50,623 nt of DNA, from positions 1 to 50,623 of the forward strand of contig JBGAGQ010000049.1 of NCBI GenBank assembly GCA_044226625.1, written 5' to 3'. A program made the translations under genes and the position numbers. The notes under the pieces were generated by a model. That model was not told where the DNA came from and made no database searches. It saw nothing but the letters and a program-made list of their open reading frames with translations. Position 1 is the stretch's first letter, and each line of letters begins with the position of its first letter. Positions 18,601 to 26,707 of the stretch are shown here, piece after piece. Source of the stretch: Thermoanaerobaculia bacterium (GTDB lineage: Bacteria; Acidobacteriota; Thermoanaerobaculia; Multivoradales; UBA5704).

Positions 18601-19657
18601 GCACCAAGAGTCGGGACCACGCGCCATAGCGCAGGTCCATCGAATCGGGATGGCGGCCGGCGTCGATCCGCAGCTGTTCGAAAAGACCGGCCAGCGAATA
18701 GTTCCGTACATAGGTGGCGGCCGACGAGAGCAGCCCGCGCTCCTCGGCATAGAGGATAAAGACCAGACGCAGCAACACCGCAAGCAACCCGCCGTAGACG
18801 TGATCCGGATCCTCGCGCACCGCAGCATCCAGCAGGCGGCCCTGCACCTTCTCATTCGCCGATTGGAAACCTCGCAGCAGCTCGTTCAGCGCCTCCAGAA
18901 CCTGCTGGGCCAGCTTCGTCGAAACGACATTCTGGTACTTCCGGCTCTCCTTGAGAATGTGCGGCAGCCGTTGCTCGCGCGGCAACGCGAAAAGCCGTGC
19001 GGCACCGAGCAGCATGTAGAGCGCGGAGAGCAGGTCGCGGTCGCGCGGCGTGCCGAGCAGGTGAACGGGCCACGTCACATGCCCCGAGGACTCGCCACGG
19101 GGGGCATAGACCAGCCGAACGAAGCGGCCGTTCGCGAGAATACCGATCGGAACGCCGGTCTCGCGGAGCAACCTTTCGAAGCGGATCTGCGGGCTCGCCT
19201 GCCACTTCCGCGGCTCCGCGACCAGAGACTCATCCAACGGCGTACCGTCCGGTAGCTCTTGAACTAACATCAGCCAGTCCGCCTCCTCCTCGTCGAGCGC
19301 CGTGACCGCATACGTGGGTCGAAGCGTCTCTCCAAACTCCACCAGGACGACCGCGAGCGACTCCGGAAGCGTGGGACCACCGGGACTGCCCACCAATTTG
19401 CTCGCCTTCCAACCGAGCACCTGCGTGGCCAAATCCCAAAACGAGAGAGGAAGCAACGGTCGTTCCCGTACCCGAGTGTCTTCACCCTCCCGGGAAGTTG
19501 GGGTGATCAGCGCGAGCAACGCCTGTTGCTCCTTGAGGATGTCCCGATTGAGGAACGCCTGGGCGGCCAACAGCGCGGGAGGAGATACAACCAGGCCGAC
19601 CGGCTGCAAAGGACCGATCCAATCGCGGTGCCGTTGAAGCTCCGGATCAAGCGCCAT
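15644..19657 (-). CDS. drmMI: DISARM DrmMI N6-adenine DNA methyltransferase (type IIG-like architecture)
   Basis: GSHYTP, SAM-binding DPAMGSGAF, catalytic NPPF and C-terminal YRWPDEVRDEVLARLLELN. Directly downstream of drmD. Confidence 0.9.
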   Translation of the reverse strand: MALDPELQRHRDWIGPLQPVGLVVSPPALLAAQAFLNRDILKEQQALLALITPTSREGEDTRVRERPLLPLSFWDLATQVLGWKASKLVGSPGGPTLPESLAVVLVEFGETLRPTYAVTALDEEEADWLMLVQELPDGTPLDESLVAEPRKWQASPQIRFERLLRETGVPIGILANGRFVRLVYAPRGESSGHVTWPVHLLGTPRDRDLLSALYMLLGAARLFALPREQRLPHILKESRKYQNVVSTKLAQQVLEALNELLRGFQSANEKVQGRLLDAAVREDPDHVYGGLLAVLLRLVFILYAEERGLLSSAATYVRNYSLAGLFEQLRIDAGRHPDSMDLRYGAWSRLLVLFRMIHDGANRGDFRLPRRYGHLFDPDGWAFLEGRPYRMRRTKGEPVAVPRVSDGVIRRVLEKLLLLDADRLSYRALDVEQIGSVYENMMGFRLERAFETSIGVGKDHVVVGLETLLRKRGAEREKVLKEAAGVEVTGKAAEALKAAASIADLVAALSRRISPLTPRTVPAGGLYLQPTDERRRSGSHYTPRELTEPIVRTTLRPILEDLGTNPTPEQILALKVCDPAMGSGAFLVETCRQLGEQLEKAYNVHGRPTDVPPDEDLRLYAQRQVAQHCLYGVDKNPFAVDLGKLSLWLATLARDHPFTFLDHSIRHGDSLVGLTREQIASFNWNVEGGLTQQIPLIRGLVDDAIAEAMVLRERIQSLANSDDVQEKLRLLRDADDALAKVRIVGDCVVACFFSEQKVNARKSARRDWEAKVQAWLSGSGSVDEITGFVEELRLGERAVPCFHWEVEFPEVFEPGKGGFHCIVGNPPFLGGTRISTELGMRFFAWLTVNYPPAGHLCDLVAYFFRRSFDLGCPGASLGLLATKTIGQGDTREGGLATILRNGGNILAARRRLAWPGRAAVIVSAVHVRKGPILNPLLDGQPVGRISAFLLKGTQDATPAAMAGTPHWSLGVKIYGQGFLFDDNEPKASTTSEMRSILENSPSLASRVRPYIGGEELNTSSTLTAERWTIYLSDIENEAGLATAGPLAGIVRAKVKPERERLGGNPNNLPLRRRWWAYQAHRPDFFRTVATQERYLAVARISSSFGFCFVDSAVMISEKVVGFILDSFSGFAVMQSRVHEGWARTFSSTLKNDLQYTPSDCFATFPFPSRWLSEPSLEEVGNTYYDFRAAVMVKNDEGLTKTYNRFHDPDETEPDILKLRELHAAMDRSVLDAYGWTDIQPTCEFLLDYEEEGDEEEASGRRRRRKPWRYRWPDEVRDEVLARLLELNARRAEEEASKSLLVVPESKSAAYGKPRRRAKITKKAAPSDQPGLFGEESE

Positions 19658-19659
19658 CG

Positions 19660-22600
19660 CTATCCCGCCACCGGCCAGAGATAGGCGATCCCGACCGGCT
19701 CCACCCGGTGCGCCCGCACCGCATAGTTCTGCTCGATTCGTCTCGGTTCCCGCTCGATCTCGCCCGGAATGCTGTTCAGGCGTCGGCGCCAGTACCTCGC
19801 GTTGTCCCGCAGCTGGTCCTGCTCATATTCGTTGTACCCAGCGAACTCGAACGCCTGCTGCTGAGGGTCGTCAACCTTTTGCAGCTCACGCTCGATCCGC
19901 TTCTTCTGCCCCTCCAGGATCTCCACCATCTCGCCCGCCTCGCGCCGACCGCGCTCATCGAGCTTGGCCTTCGCTTTCGAAGCCAGAAGGTCGCAGCGCG
20001 CCTCTAGGTGGGGGAGCAGCTCGGTGACATCCGCAGGCGTCGAATGCTGCATCTTCCTCAACACCTCCGGCGCCACGGCGGTGCGACTTCCTTGGGAGAG
20101 GGAGGTGATCAACAGGTCCCAGGACTTCTCCTGTGCATCCTCCGCGTAGGGCTTTAGGCCGCCCGTCCGAATTGACGGATCGACCCAGCGGGCCGCAAGG
20201 GCCACGATCTCCTCATGCTGGCGCGCCGCCCGATCGCCGTAAAGCGACAGGCGCCCGAGGAGTAGCACCCGCGGCACCGGATCATCCGCCAGAACGACGC
20301 AGGCTCGGGCGAGATCGTCTTGGACGAAGCCTGGAGCGAGAAACGGGCCGAGCAGGCGCTGGACCAGCCGGTGCTCCAGGTGCAGGTGAACGACGCCCTC
20401 ATCGATGTGCCCCGGGGACTTGAAGACGACCGGACGAAGCGGCGCCGCGCGGCGCCATTCCCATAGCTTCATTCCGCGCGGTCGCGGAGCGCGCAGCGTA
20501 TCGAGAGTCTCGGCCCAGGTGGGATCCGCCCCGGGCCGGAGGTCGAGCGCAGGCACCTCATAGGCCTCGTCGGTGCGCCCGCCCAGCCGCTTCAAAGCAT
20601 CCGCTCCGAGCATTCTGAGCGACTCGTCCAACACGGCATGAAGCTGCCCTTCGTTCAGGTCTAGCGAACGGTGCGATTGATCCTCCAGAGTACGCAGCTC
20701 GTCGAGTTGCCGCAGCAATGCGGTGTGGCGCTCGCGGGCTCCTTCCAACTCCGCCGGGGCGGCCTGGCTCTCCGGTTCGGTGGTGTCCCGACGGAGAGCC
20801 TCGCTCAGCTCGTTTCGGCCGCGCGGGGCGATTCCACCAAGCAGCCGGACCTTCATCCGTTCCTCCAGCAAGGGGGGCATGCTGCCCAGCTCCTCGCGGA
20901 TCTTCGCCGTCCGCTCGGCCAGCACTTCGAGAACCCGATCGGCGTCGCGCTGGGCGTAGACGAAGTAGTGGCACCGGACCTGAGGCTCGCGTTGGAGCTT
21001 GCGGTCGATCCGGCCGTTGCGCTGCTCAAAACGCGAGGGGTTCCAAGGTAGATCGACATGGAAAAGGTCCGCACAGTGATTCTGCAGGTTCACCCCCTCG
21101 CGCGCCGCGTCGGTAGCGACCAGAATTCGGAGCGGGTGGTCCTTCGGGTCGGTGTTGAAAGCGCGCTTGACCTCTTCGCGCCGATCGTCCGACATGCCGC
21201 CATGAAAAGTGGCGAGGCGATCATCGCCACGATCGGTTGCGCCGATCGCCGCCTGGAGCTGCTGCTCGAGGTAGCGCTTCGTGTCCGCATACTCGGTGAA
21301 CAGGACCACGCGACGCGTCAGCCACTCGGCCGGCGCTCCCATGGCCGGCACCCCGAGCGGAGGAAGGTTCAAACACATCTCGCGACGTATCCAGTCCACC
21401 AGCCATTTGACCCGGCCATCCGGAAGGCGCCGCGAGCGCTCCGCCAACTCCGCCATCCGGGTCACCAGGTCCACCTCGCGCGCGGAGGGCCGGCTACCGT
21501 CGGCGGCAGTTACCGCTGCCATTGCCAACTCTTCCTCGCTCTCGACTTCGTCCTCGGCCAGCTCCGAGCGTTCGTCTTCGGCGTCCGGCTGGGCGAGAAG
21601 GAGTTGCTGAGCGGCGGTCGCGGGTACCGGCACCGTTTCGGGCTCTGCCGCGGCACGTTCGAGAGCGCGGCGATGCGCTTTGAGGGTACGGGCAAACGCT
21701 TCGATCGAGGAGAACAGACGCTTCTGCAGGTTGACCAGAACCAACCCCTGCGCGGCACGGTGTTTCGGCGGCAGACCTGCGAGCCGGGCCTCACGGGCTT
21801 CCCAGTACTCGTCGAGCAGCCGGGCGAGCTCCAACTCGGGCGCGTCGCTCGGCAGGCCGTCGATCAGCACCTTGACGGGAATCCTCACGGCGAAACCTCC
21901 GCCAATCTCGCGCAGATCCTGCTTCAGCCGCCGGACCATCACCTCATCGCGCAGCTTCGGCTCGACCGGGGTACCGCGCACGAAGCGCTGAGGATCGAGG
22001 ATTTCAAGCAGCGCGGAGAAACTGTTTGAGAGGCCATTGTGGGGTGTCGCCGAGAGGAACAGCCGGTGTTCGAAATGTTCGGCCAGCTCCCGGACGGCCC
22101 GGGTGAACTGCGAGTCGATAGCGTACTTCGAGCTGCTCGCAGGGGCCGCGTGGTGCGCCTCGTCGAGAATGAGGAGCGACCCAGGCTCCGCGCCGTCGCG
22201 CTGTCGGCCGTTCTCATCGGTGGCGAGCAGATCGCGCAACGGGGCGCCGTACTCTTCGTCGCGCAGAAGGGCGTGCGAGAGAATGAAGCGCGAATGCGTG
22301 GTCCATGGGTTGACCGAGTAACCCCGCTCACGCCGACTGCGCACCACGAAGTCGCGATCGTAGATGACGAAGGTCAGGCCGAACCGCTGCTCCAGCTCCT
22401 CGCGCCATTGGATGACGACGGACGGCGGCGCCACCACGACAGTGCGGCGTACCCGCTGCCTCATCAGCATCTCGCGAAGAATGAGACCCGCTTCGATGGT
22501 CTTGCCCAGCCCTACGTCGTCGGCGATGAAGAGGTTGACTCGCGGAAGCCGGAGCGCCTTGCGAAGCGGTTCCAACTGGTAGGTCAGGACTTCAATTCCC

Positions 22601-22932
22601 GCGCGCCATGGCGACTGAAAAAGCCTCGGGTTCGTAGCCGTAACACAGTTCCACCGTAGCGCGTGTAGATAGGCGGCGAAGCGCGCCGGAGGATCAAACT
22701 CCTTCCGCCCGAGCCGATCCCACGACGCATGCAGAACCTCGGCGTCGATCTCGTGCTCCCAAAGAACTTCGAGAGACTCGCCTTCTGCGCCGTCTTCCAG
22801 GCATGACATCGAGACCAGCGTCGCTTCGGCAGGTTCCTGCGGAGGCTGTACGTCCTCGACCAGGTACTGGCGTTGGCGGACGCGGACGATCTCGCCGGGA
22901 GCGGGTGCCGATGGCAAAAACAGCGGCGTCAT
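19660..22932 (-). CDS. drmD: DISARM DrmD SNF2-family helicase
   Basis: Motifs DDVGLGKT, LILDEAHH, SATPH, TDAAREGVNLQ and QRNGRIDR. N-terminal PGEIVRVRQR and C-terminal YLWP. Confidence 0.92.
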   Translation of the reverse strand: MTPLFLPSAPAPGEIVRVRQRQYLVEDVQPPQEPAEATLVSMSCLEDGAEGESLEVLWEHEIDAEVLHASWDRLGRKEFDPPARFAAYLHALRWNCVTATNPRLFQSPWRAGIEVLTYQLEPLRKALRLPRVNLFIADDVGLGKTIEAGLILREMLMRQRVRRTVVVAPPSVVIQWREELEQRFGLTFVIYDRDFVVRSRRERGYSVNPWTTHSRFILSHALLRDEEYGAPLRDLLATDENGRQRDGAEPGSLLILDEAHHAAPASSSKYAIDSQFTRAVRELAEHFEHRLFLSATPHNGLSNSFSALLEILDPQRFVRGTPVEPKLRDEVMVRRLKQDLREIGGGFAVRIPVKVLIDGLPSDAPELELARLLDEYWEAREARLAGLPPKHRAAQGLVLVNLQKRLFSSIEAFARTLKAHRRALERAAAEPETVPVPATAAQQLLLAQPDAEDERSELAEDEVESEEELAMAAVTAADGSRPSAREVDLVTRMAELAERSRRLPDGRVKWLVDWIRREMCLNLPPLGVPAMGAPAEWLTRRVVLFTEYADTKRYLEQQLQAAIGATDRGDDRLATFHGGMSDDRREEVKRAFNTDPKDHPLRILVATDAAREGVNLQNHCADLFHVDLPWNPSRFEQRNGRIDRKLQREPQVRCHYFVYAQRDADRVLEVLAERTAKIREELGSMPPLLEERMKVRLLGGIAPRGRNELSEALRRDTTEPESQAAPAELEGARERHTALLRQLDELRTLEDQSHRSLDLNEGQLHAVLDESLRMLGADALKRLGGRTDEAYEVPALDLRPGADPTWAETLDTLRAPRPRGMKLWEWRRAAPLRPVVFKSPGHIDEGVVHLHLEHRLVQRLLGPFLAPGFVQDDLARACVVLADDPVPRVLLLGRLSLYGDRAARQHEEIVALAARWVDPSIRTGGLKPYAEDAQEKSWDLLITSLSQGSRTAVAPEVLRKMQHSTPADVTELLPHLEARCDLLASKAKAKLDERGRREAGEMVEILEGQKKRIERELQKVDDPQQQAFEFAGYNEYEQDQLRDNARYWRRRLNSIPGEIEREPRRIEQNYAVRAHRVEPVGIAYLWPVAG

Positions 22933-22940
22933 CAGCCGCC

Positions 22941-24932
22941 CTACCCGGCGAGCACCTGCACGTCGCGCAGCTCCTTCAACCGGTCGCGGAGCATCGCGGC
23001 CTCCTCGAACTCCAGCCGCTTGGCCGCCGCTCGCATCTGCTTCTCGACCATCGCGATCTGTTCCGACAGCGACAAGTCGGAGCGCTCGGCCAGCTCCGAC
23101 AGGCGGCCGACGCCGGTCGAGTAGAGATCGAGGTTCGCCATCTGCACGAGCGGGCTGTGGATGTCTTTCAGGATCGACTGCGGCTCGATGCCGTGCTCGA
23201 CGTTGTGCGCCTGCTGCTTCTCGCGCCGCCGCGCGGTCTCGCTGAGGGCGCGGCGCATCGAATCCGTCATCGAATCGGCGTAGAGGATCACCCGGCCGTT
23301 CAGGTTCCGGGCGGCGCGCCCCGCCGTCTGGATCAACGACGTTTCGCTGCGCAGGAAACCTTCCTTATCGGCGTCGAGGATCGCCACCAGCGCGACCTCC
23401 GGCAGGTCGAGACCCTCTCGCAGCAGGTTGATCCCCACCAGCACGTCGAACTCGCCCCGGCGTAGGCCGGTGATGATCTCCACCCGCTCGAGCGTCTCGA
23501 TGTCGCTGTGGAGGTAACGGACCTTGATGCCGATCTCCTGGAGGTACTGAGACAGCTCCTCCGACATCCGCTTGGTGAGGGTCGTCACCAGGATCCGGTC
23601 GCCGCGACCGATCGCGCGGCGAATCTCCGCCACGAGGTCGTCGACCTGCCCCTTGGCGGGCCGGACCTCCGTCACCGGATCCAACAGACCGGTCGGCCGG
23701 ATGAGCTGCTCGGCGATCACGCCTTGGGTCCGTTCGAGCTCCCACGGAGCCGGCGTCGCCGAGACGTAGATCCGCTGTCCGATCCGCGCGTCGAACTCCT
23801 CGAAACGGAGCGGCCGGTTGTCGAGCGCGGAGGGGAGTCGGAAACCGTAATCGACCAGGGTCTGCTTGCGCGACCGGTCGCCGTGGTACATGCCGCGCAC
23901 CTGCGGGATCGTCTGATGGCTCTCGTCGACCACCAGCAGGAAATCGTCGGGGAAGTAGTCGAGGAGCGTCGGCGGCGGCTCGCCGGCCGAGCGCCCGGAG
24001 AGGTGGCGCGAGTAGTTCTCGATCCCGTGGCAGGAGCCGATCTCCTGAAGCATTTCGAGATCGAACATCGTCCGCTGCTCCAGCCGCTGCCGCTCGAGCA
24101 GCTTGCCCAGCGCTTCGAGCTCCGCGAGCCGCTCTTGCAGCTCGACCTTGATCGTCTCGATCGCCCGGTCCATCCGCTCCTTGGGCGTCACGTAGTGGGT
24201 CTTGGGAAAGACCGCGATCCGGTCGACCTCCTCGAACGCCTCCCCGCGGAGAAGGTCGAAGCGGCTGATGCGCTCGATCTCGTCGCCGAAATACTCGACG
24301 CGCAGGCCGACCTCGTCATAGGAAGGGAAGATCTCCAGGACGTCGCCCCGCACCCGGAACGTGCCCGGATAGAGATCCATCTGGGTCCGTTGATACTGCA
24401 TGTCGACCAGGCGCCGGAGCACCTTGTCCATCCCTTCCTCGCTGCCGCGCTCGAAGAAATGGAGCATGCCGAAGAACGACTCCGGCGAGCCCAAGCCGTA
24501 GATGCAGGAGACCGAGGAGACGATCAACACGTCGCGCCGCTCGAACAGCGCTTTGGTCGCGCGGAGGCGGAGACGCTCGATCTCCTCGTTGATGTTGGTC
24601 TCTTTCTCGATGTAGGTGTCGGACTGCGGGACGTAGGCCTCGGGCTGGTAGTAGTCGTAATAGGAGACGAAGTACTCGACCGCGTTGTTCGGGAAAAAGC
24701 TCCGGAACTCCTGGAAGAGTTGGGCCGCGAGGATCTTGTTGTGCGAGAGCACGAGCGTCGGCCGGTCGATCCGCTCGATCACCTTGGCGATCGAGAACGT
24801 CTTGCCCGAGCCGGTGACGCCGAGCAGAACCTGCTCTTTCTCGCCCGCGAGGACGCCCTCCGCGAGCTGACGGATCGCCTCCGGCTGATCTCCCTGCGGT
24901 TCGAAACGCGATACGACACGGAATGAGCCCAT
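22941..24932 (-). CDS. uvrB: Excinuclease ABC subunit B
   Basis: Motifs [39 protein letters not shown] and the C-terminal UVR motif [12 protein letters not shown] 24932 chosen as start. Confidence 0.98.
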   Translation of the reverse strand: MGSFRVVSRFEPQGDQPEAIRQLAEGVLAGEKEQVLLGVTGSGKTFSIAKVIERIDRPTLVLSHNKILAAQLFQEFRSFFPNNAVEYFVSYYDYYQPEAYVPQSDTYIEKETNINEEIERLRLRATKALFERRDVLIVSSVSCIYGLGSPESFFGMLHFFERGSEEGMDKVLRRLVDMQYQRTQMDLYPGTFRVRGDVLEIFPSYDEVGLRVEYFGDEIERISRFDLLRGEAFEEVDRIAVFPKTHYVTPKERMDRAIETIKVELQERLAELEALGKLLERQRLEQRTMFDLEMLQEIGSCHGIENYSRHLSGRSAGEPPPTLLDYFPDDFLLVVDESHQTIPQVRGMYHGDRSRKQTLVDYGFRLPSALDNRPLRFEEFDARIGQRIYVSATPAPWELERTQGVIAEQLIRPTGLLDPVTEVRPAKGQVDDLVAEIRRAIGRGDRILVTTLTKRMSEELSQYLQEIGIKVRYLHSDIETLERVEIITGLRRGEFDVLVGINLLREGLDLPEVALVAILDADKEGFLRSETSLIQTAGRAARNLNGRVILYADSMTDSMRRALSETARRREKQQAHNVEHGIEPQSILKDIHSPLVQMANLDLYSTGVGRLSELAERSDLSLSEQIAMVEKQMRAAAKRLEFEEAAMLRDRLKELRDVQVLAG

Positions 24933-24939
24933 CGTCGGG

Positions 24940-24945
24940 ATTCTA
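24940..24945 (-). promoter_or_regulatory. -10 element TAGAAT of a probable leaderless uvrB transcript
   Basis: TAGAAT lies 7 nt before the ATG and there is no SD sequence. Confidence 0.55.
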
Positions 24946-25083
24946 ACCGGACCGCTCGATCGCGTGGACGAAAGCTCGCGAGGCGTCTTTCCCGCCCCCG
25001 GCTCCACGCCACGGAACTTTGGCATCTTGATCCCTTCGTGAGCGCGCGCTAAGAATATGAAGTTTTCAGGCGGAGTCTGAAGT

Positions 25084-26007
25084 ATGAGTCAGGACCCGAT
25101 CGGTTTTCCCTCTTTTCTGATGCCCGTCGAGCTGTCTCGAAGCGAGTCGTCTCGAGATGGACATCCCCTTCTTCCCGAGCCGCTGCCGGCGTTCCTGATG
25201 CGGACGCTCGTCCAGGTCGAGGGCATGCGCGGCGCGTCCCGCGCGGCGCTCATCCTGCCCGACGGCGAAGAGCTGGCGGCCCTGCTGGTTCAAGGGGGGA
25301 AGATCTGCTACGTCGAGCGCTCGCTCGCCTGCGCCGAGGCGACCGCCCTGCTCGCCGAAGAGGATTCTCAGGTCCTCACGCTGATCGGCCGCCTCACGCG
25401 CGGAGCCCAAGGGCGTCTCAACACGCTTTCGTCCCTGCTCCGCGACATCCCGCCCATCCTCGTCGGCCGGGTCCGCGAATACCTGCTCTCCCACATGGTG
25501 CGCGGCATTCTCGGTCTCGCCTGGCGCGCCGCCGGCACGCCGATCGAAGTGAAGACCACCGCACGCTTCACCGGCTCTTTCGACTCCGGCTTGAGCTTCA
25601 CCCCGCTCGAGATCTACCTGCGGGCGGTCCAGACGCTCGACACCTCCTCGCGCGACGTCGCGAGCCTGCTCTTCGAGCAATTGGCCGACGAATTCGACCT
25701 AGCCCTGATCCTCGACCGGGAGGTCGACGGCCACCTCTACCCGATCTCTTTGCGGACCGGAAATCGGCTACCGCCGCTGCTGCGGCTCGGCGAGATCCGC
25801 AAGTTGATCGAGGAGATCGCGACCTGGCCGTCGGAACGCCGCATCGAGCCGGGTTTCCCCTGCCCGCTCGAGATCGTCTCGGGCGGCGACAGCGCGTGGC
25901 TCACGATCCACGGCACGCGCCGCCGGCTCTGGTTTCGATTGAAAGGCCGAGGAGCGGTCCCTCGGAGGCTCCGCTCGATGGTCCCGCGCTTCGAGGCCGC
26001 GCTCTAG
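25084..26007 (+). CDS. Hypothetical protein
   Basis: 307-aa ORF with protein-like composition and a GGAG RBS. No confident family. Confidence 0.7.
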   Translation: MSQDPIGFPSFLMPVELSRSESSRDGHPLLPEPLPAFLMRTLVQVEGMRGASRAALILPDGEELAALLVQGGKICYVERSLACAEATALLAEEDSQVLTLIGRLTRGAQGRLNTLSSLLRDIPPILVGRVREYLLSHMVRGILGLAWRAAGTPIEVKTTARFTGSFDSGLSFTPLEIYLRAVQTLDTSSRDVASLLFEQLADEFDLALILDREVDGHLYPISLRTGNRLPPLLRLGEIRKLIEEIATWPSERRIEPGFPCPLEIVSGGDSAWLTIHGTRRRLWFRLKGRGAVPRRLRSMVPRFEAAL

Positions 26008-26067
26008 CAGGGACTGCACAACTCTCCGACGAAGGAGATTCTCAGCAGCCCGCTGGACCGCCGTCGC

Positions 26068-26589
26068 TTACGTCGAGCTCGACGGAGGGGTGGGCGCGCG
26101 GGAGGGTGCGGGCGGTGGCGACGGAGGCGAAGGCGCGGGCGAAGATGAGTTCGGGACGGCCGGCGCTTCGGCGGGCGGCTGGATCCCACCCATCTTCTCG
26201 AGCGAGCCCGCGAGACTCCGAACGTCTTCGCGATTCAGCTGCGATTTGCCGCCCAGCTCGAGAACTTTCCCTTGGAATTCCTGGAGGGCCGCCGGATCTT
26301 TCCCTTGGAGGGGTCGCGCCCGGGCCGCCTCGAATGCCCTGTGGAGCCGCTCCCGGTCGGCCGCCGGCACGTCCGGCGCGATCTTCGCCGCGTAGTCCTG
26401 CTCGAGATAGCCGAGCATCGCGCGCATGATCTCGGGCGCTTTCGCGACCATACCGACCAGTCCGAGCAGGAGCAGCAGGACCATGCTGCCGCAGCCGAAA
26501 AGCAACGCTTTGCGGCAACCCGATCGCTCGGACGCTTCTAAAGGCGCCGGAGTGAACGGCGGCGGTGGGAATTCGTTCGGTTCGGACAT
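26068..26589 (-). CDS. Hypothetical single-pass membrane protein
   Basis: MSEPNEFPPPP...SGCRKALLFGCG TM helix, a helical domain and a Pro-rich tail. Confidence 0.75.
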   Translation of the reverse strand: MSEPNEFPPPPFTPAPLEASERSGCRKALLFGCGSMVLLLLLGLVGMVAKAPEIMRAMLGYLEQDYAAKIAPDVPAADRERLHRAFEAARARPLQGKDPAALQEFQGKVLELGGKSQLNREDVRSLAGSLEKMGGIQPPAEAPAVPNSSSPAPSPPSPPPAPSRAPTPPSSST

Positions 26590-26693
26590 GACGCCCTCGC
26601 CGCGACTCTCCGCGGACCCTGCGCACGGGAGACGTGGACTCCCGGGGGTTCTATCACCCGCCCGGAGTGCGCGGCAAGCGCCGCGGGAACCCC

Positions 26694-26699
26694 TATAAT
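26694..26699 (+). promoter_or_regulatory. -10 element TATAAT of a probable leaderless PBP1A transcript
   Basis: Perfect TATAAT 8 nt before GTG 26708 in otherwise GC-rich DNA. Confidence 0.6.
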
Positions 26700-26707
26700 C
26701 CCGGGTC

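Noticed and set aside
8514-22940. DISARM block as an integrative element with att sites or target duplication
   Set aside because: There is no integrase, transposase or tRNA, and only weak chance-level similarity between the two boundaries.
24933-25083. LexA/SOS box upstream of uvrB
   Set aside because: No GTTC-N7-GTTC, CTGT-N8-ACAG or GAAC-N4-GTTC match was seen, so damage inducibility is not supported directly by the sequence.
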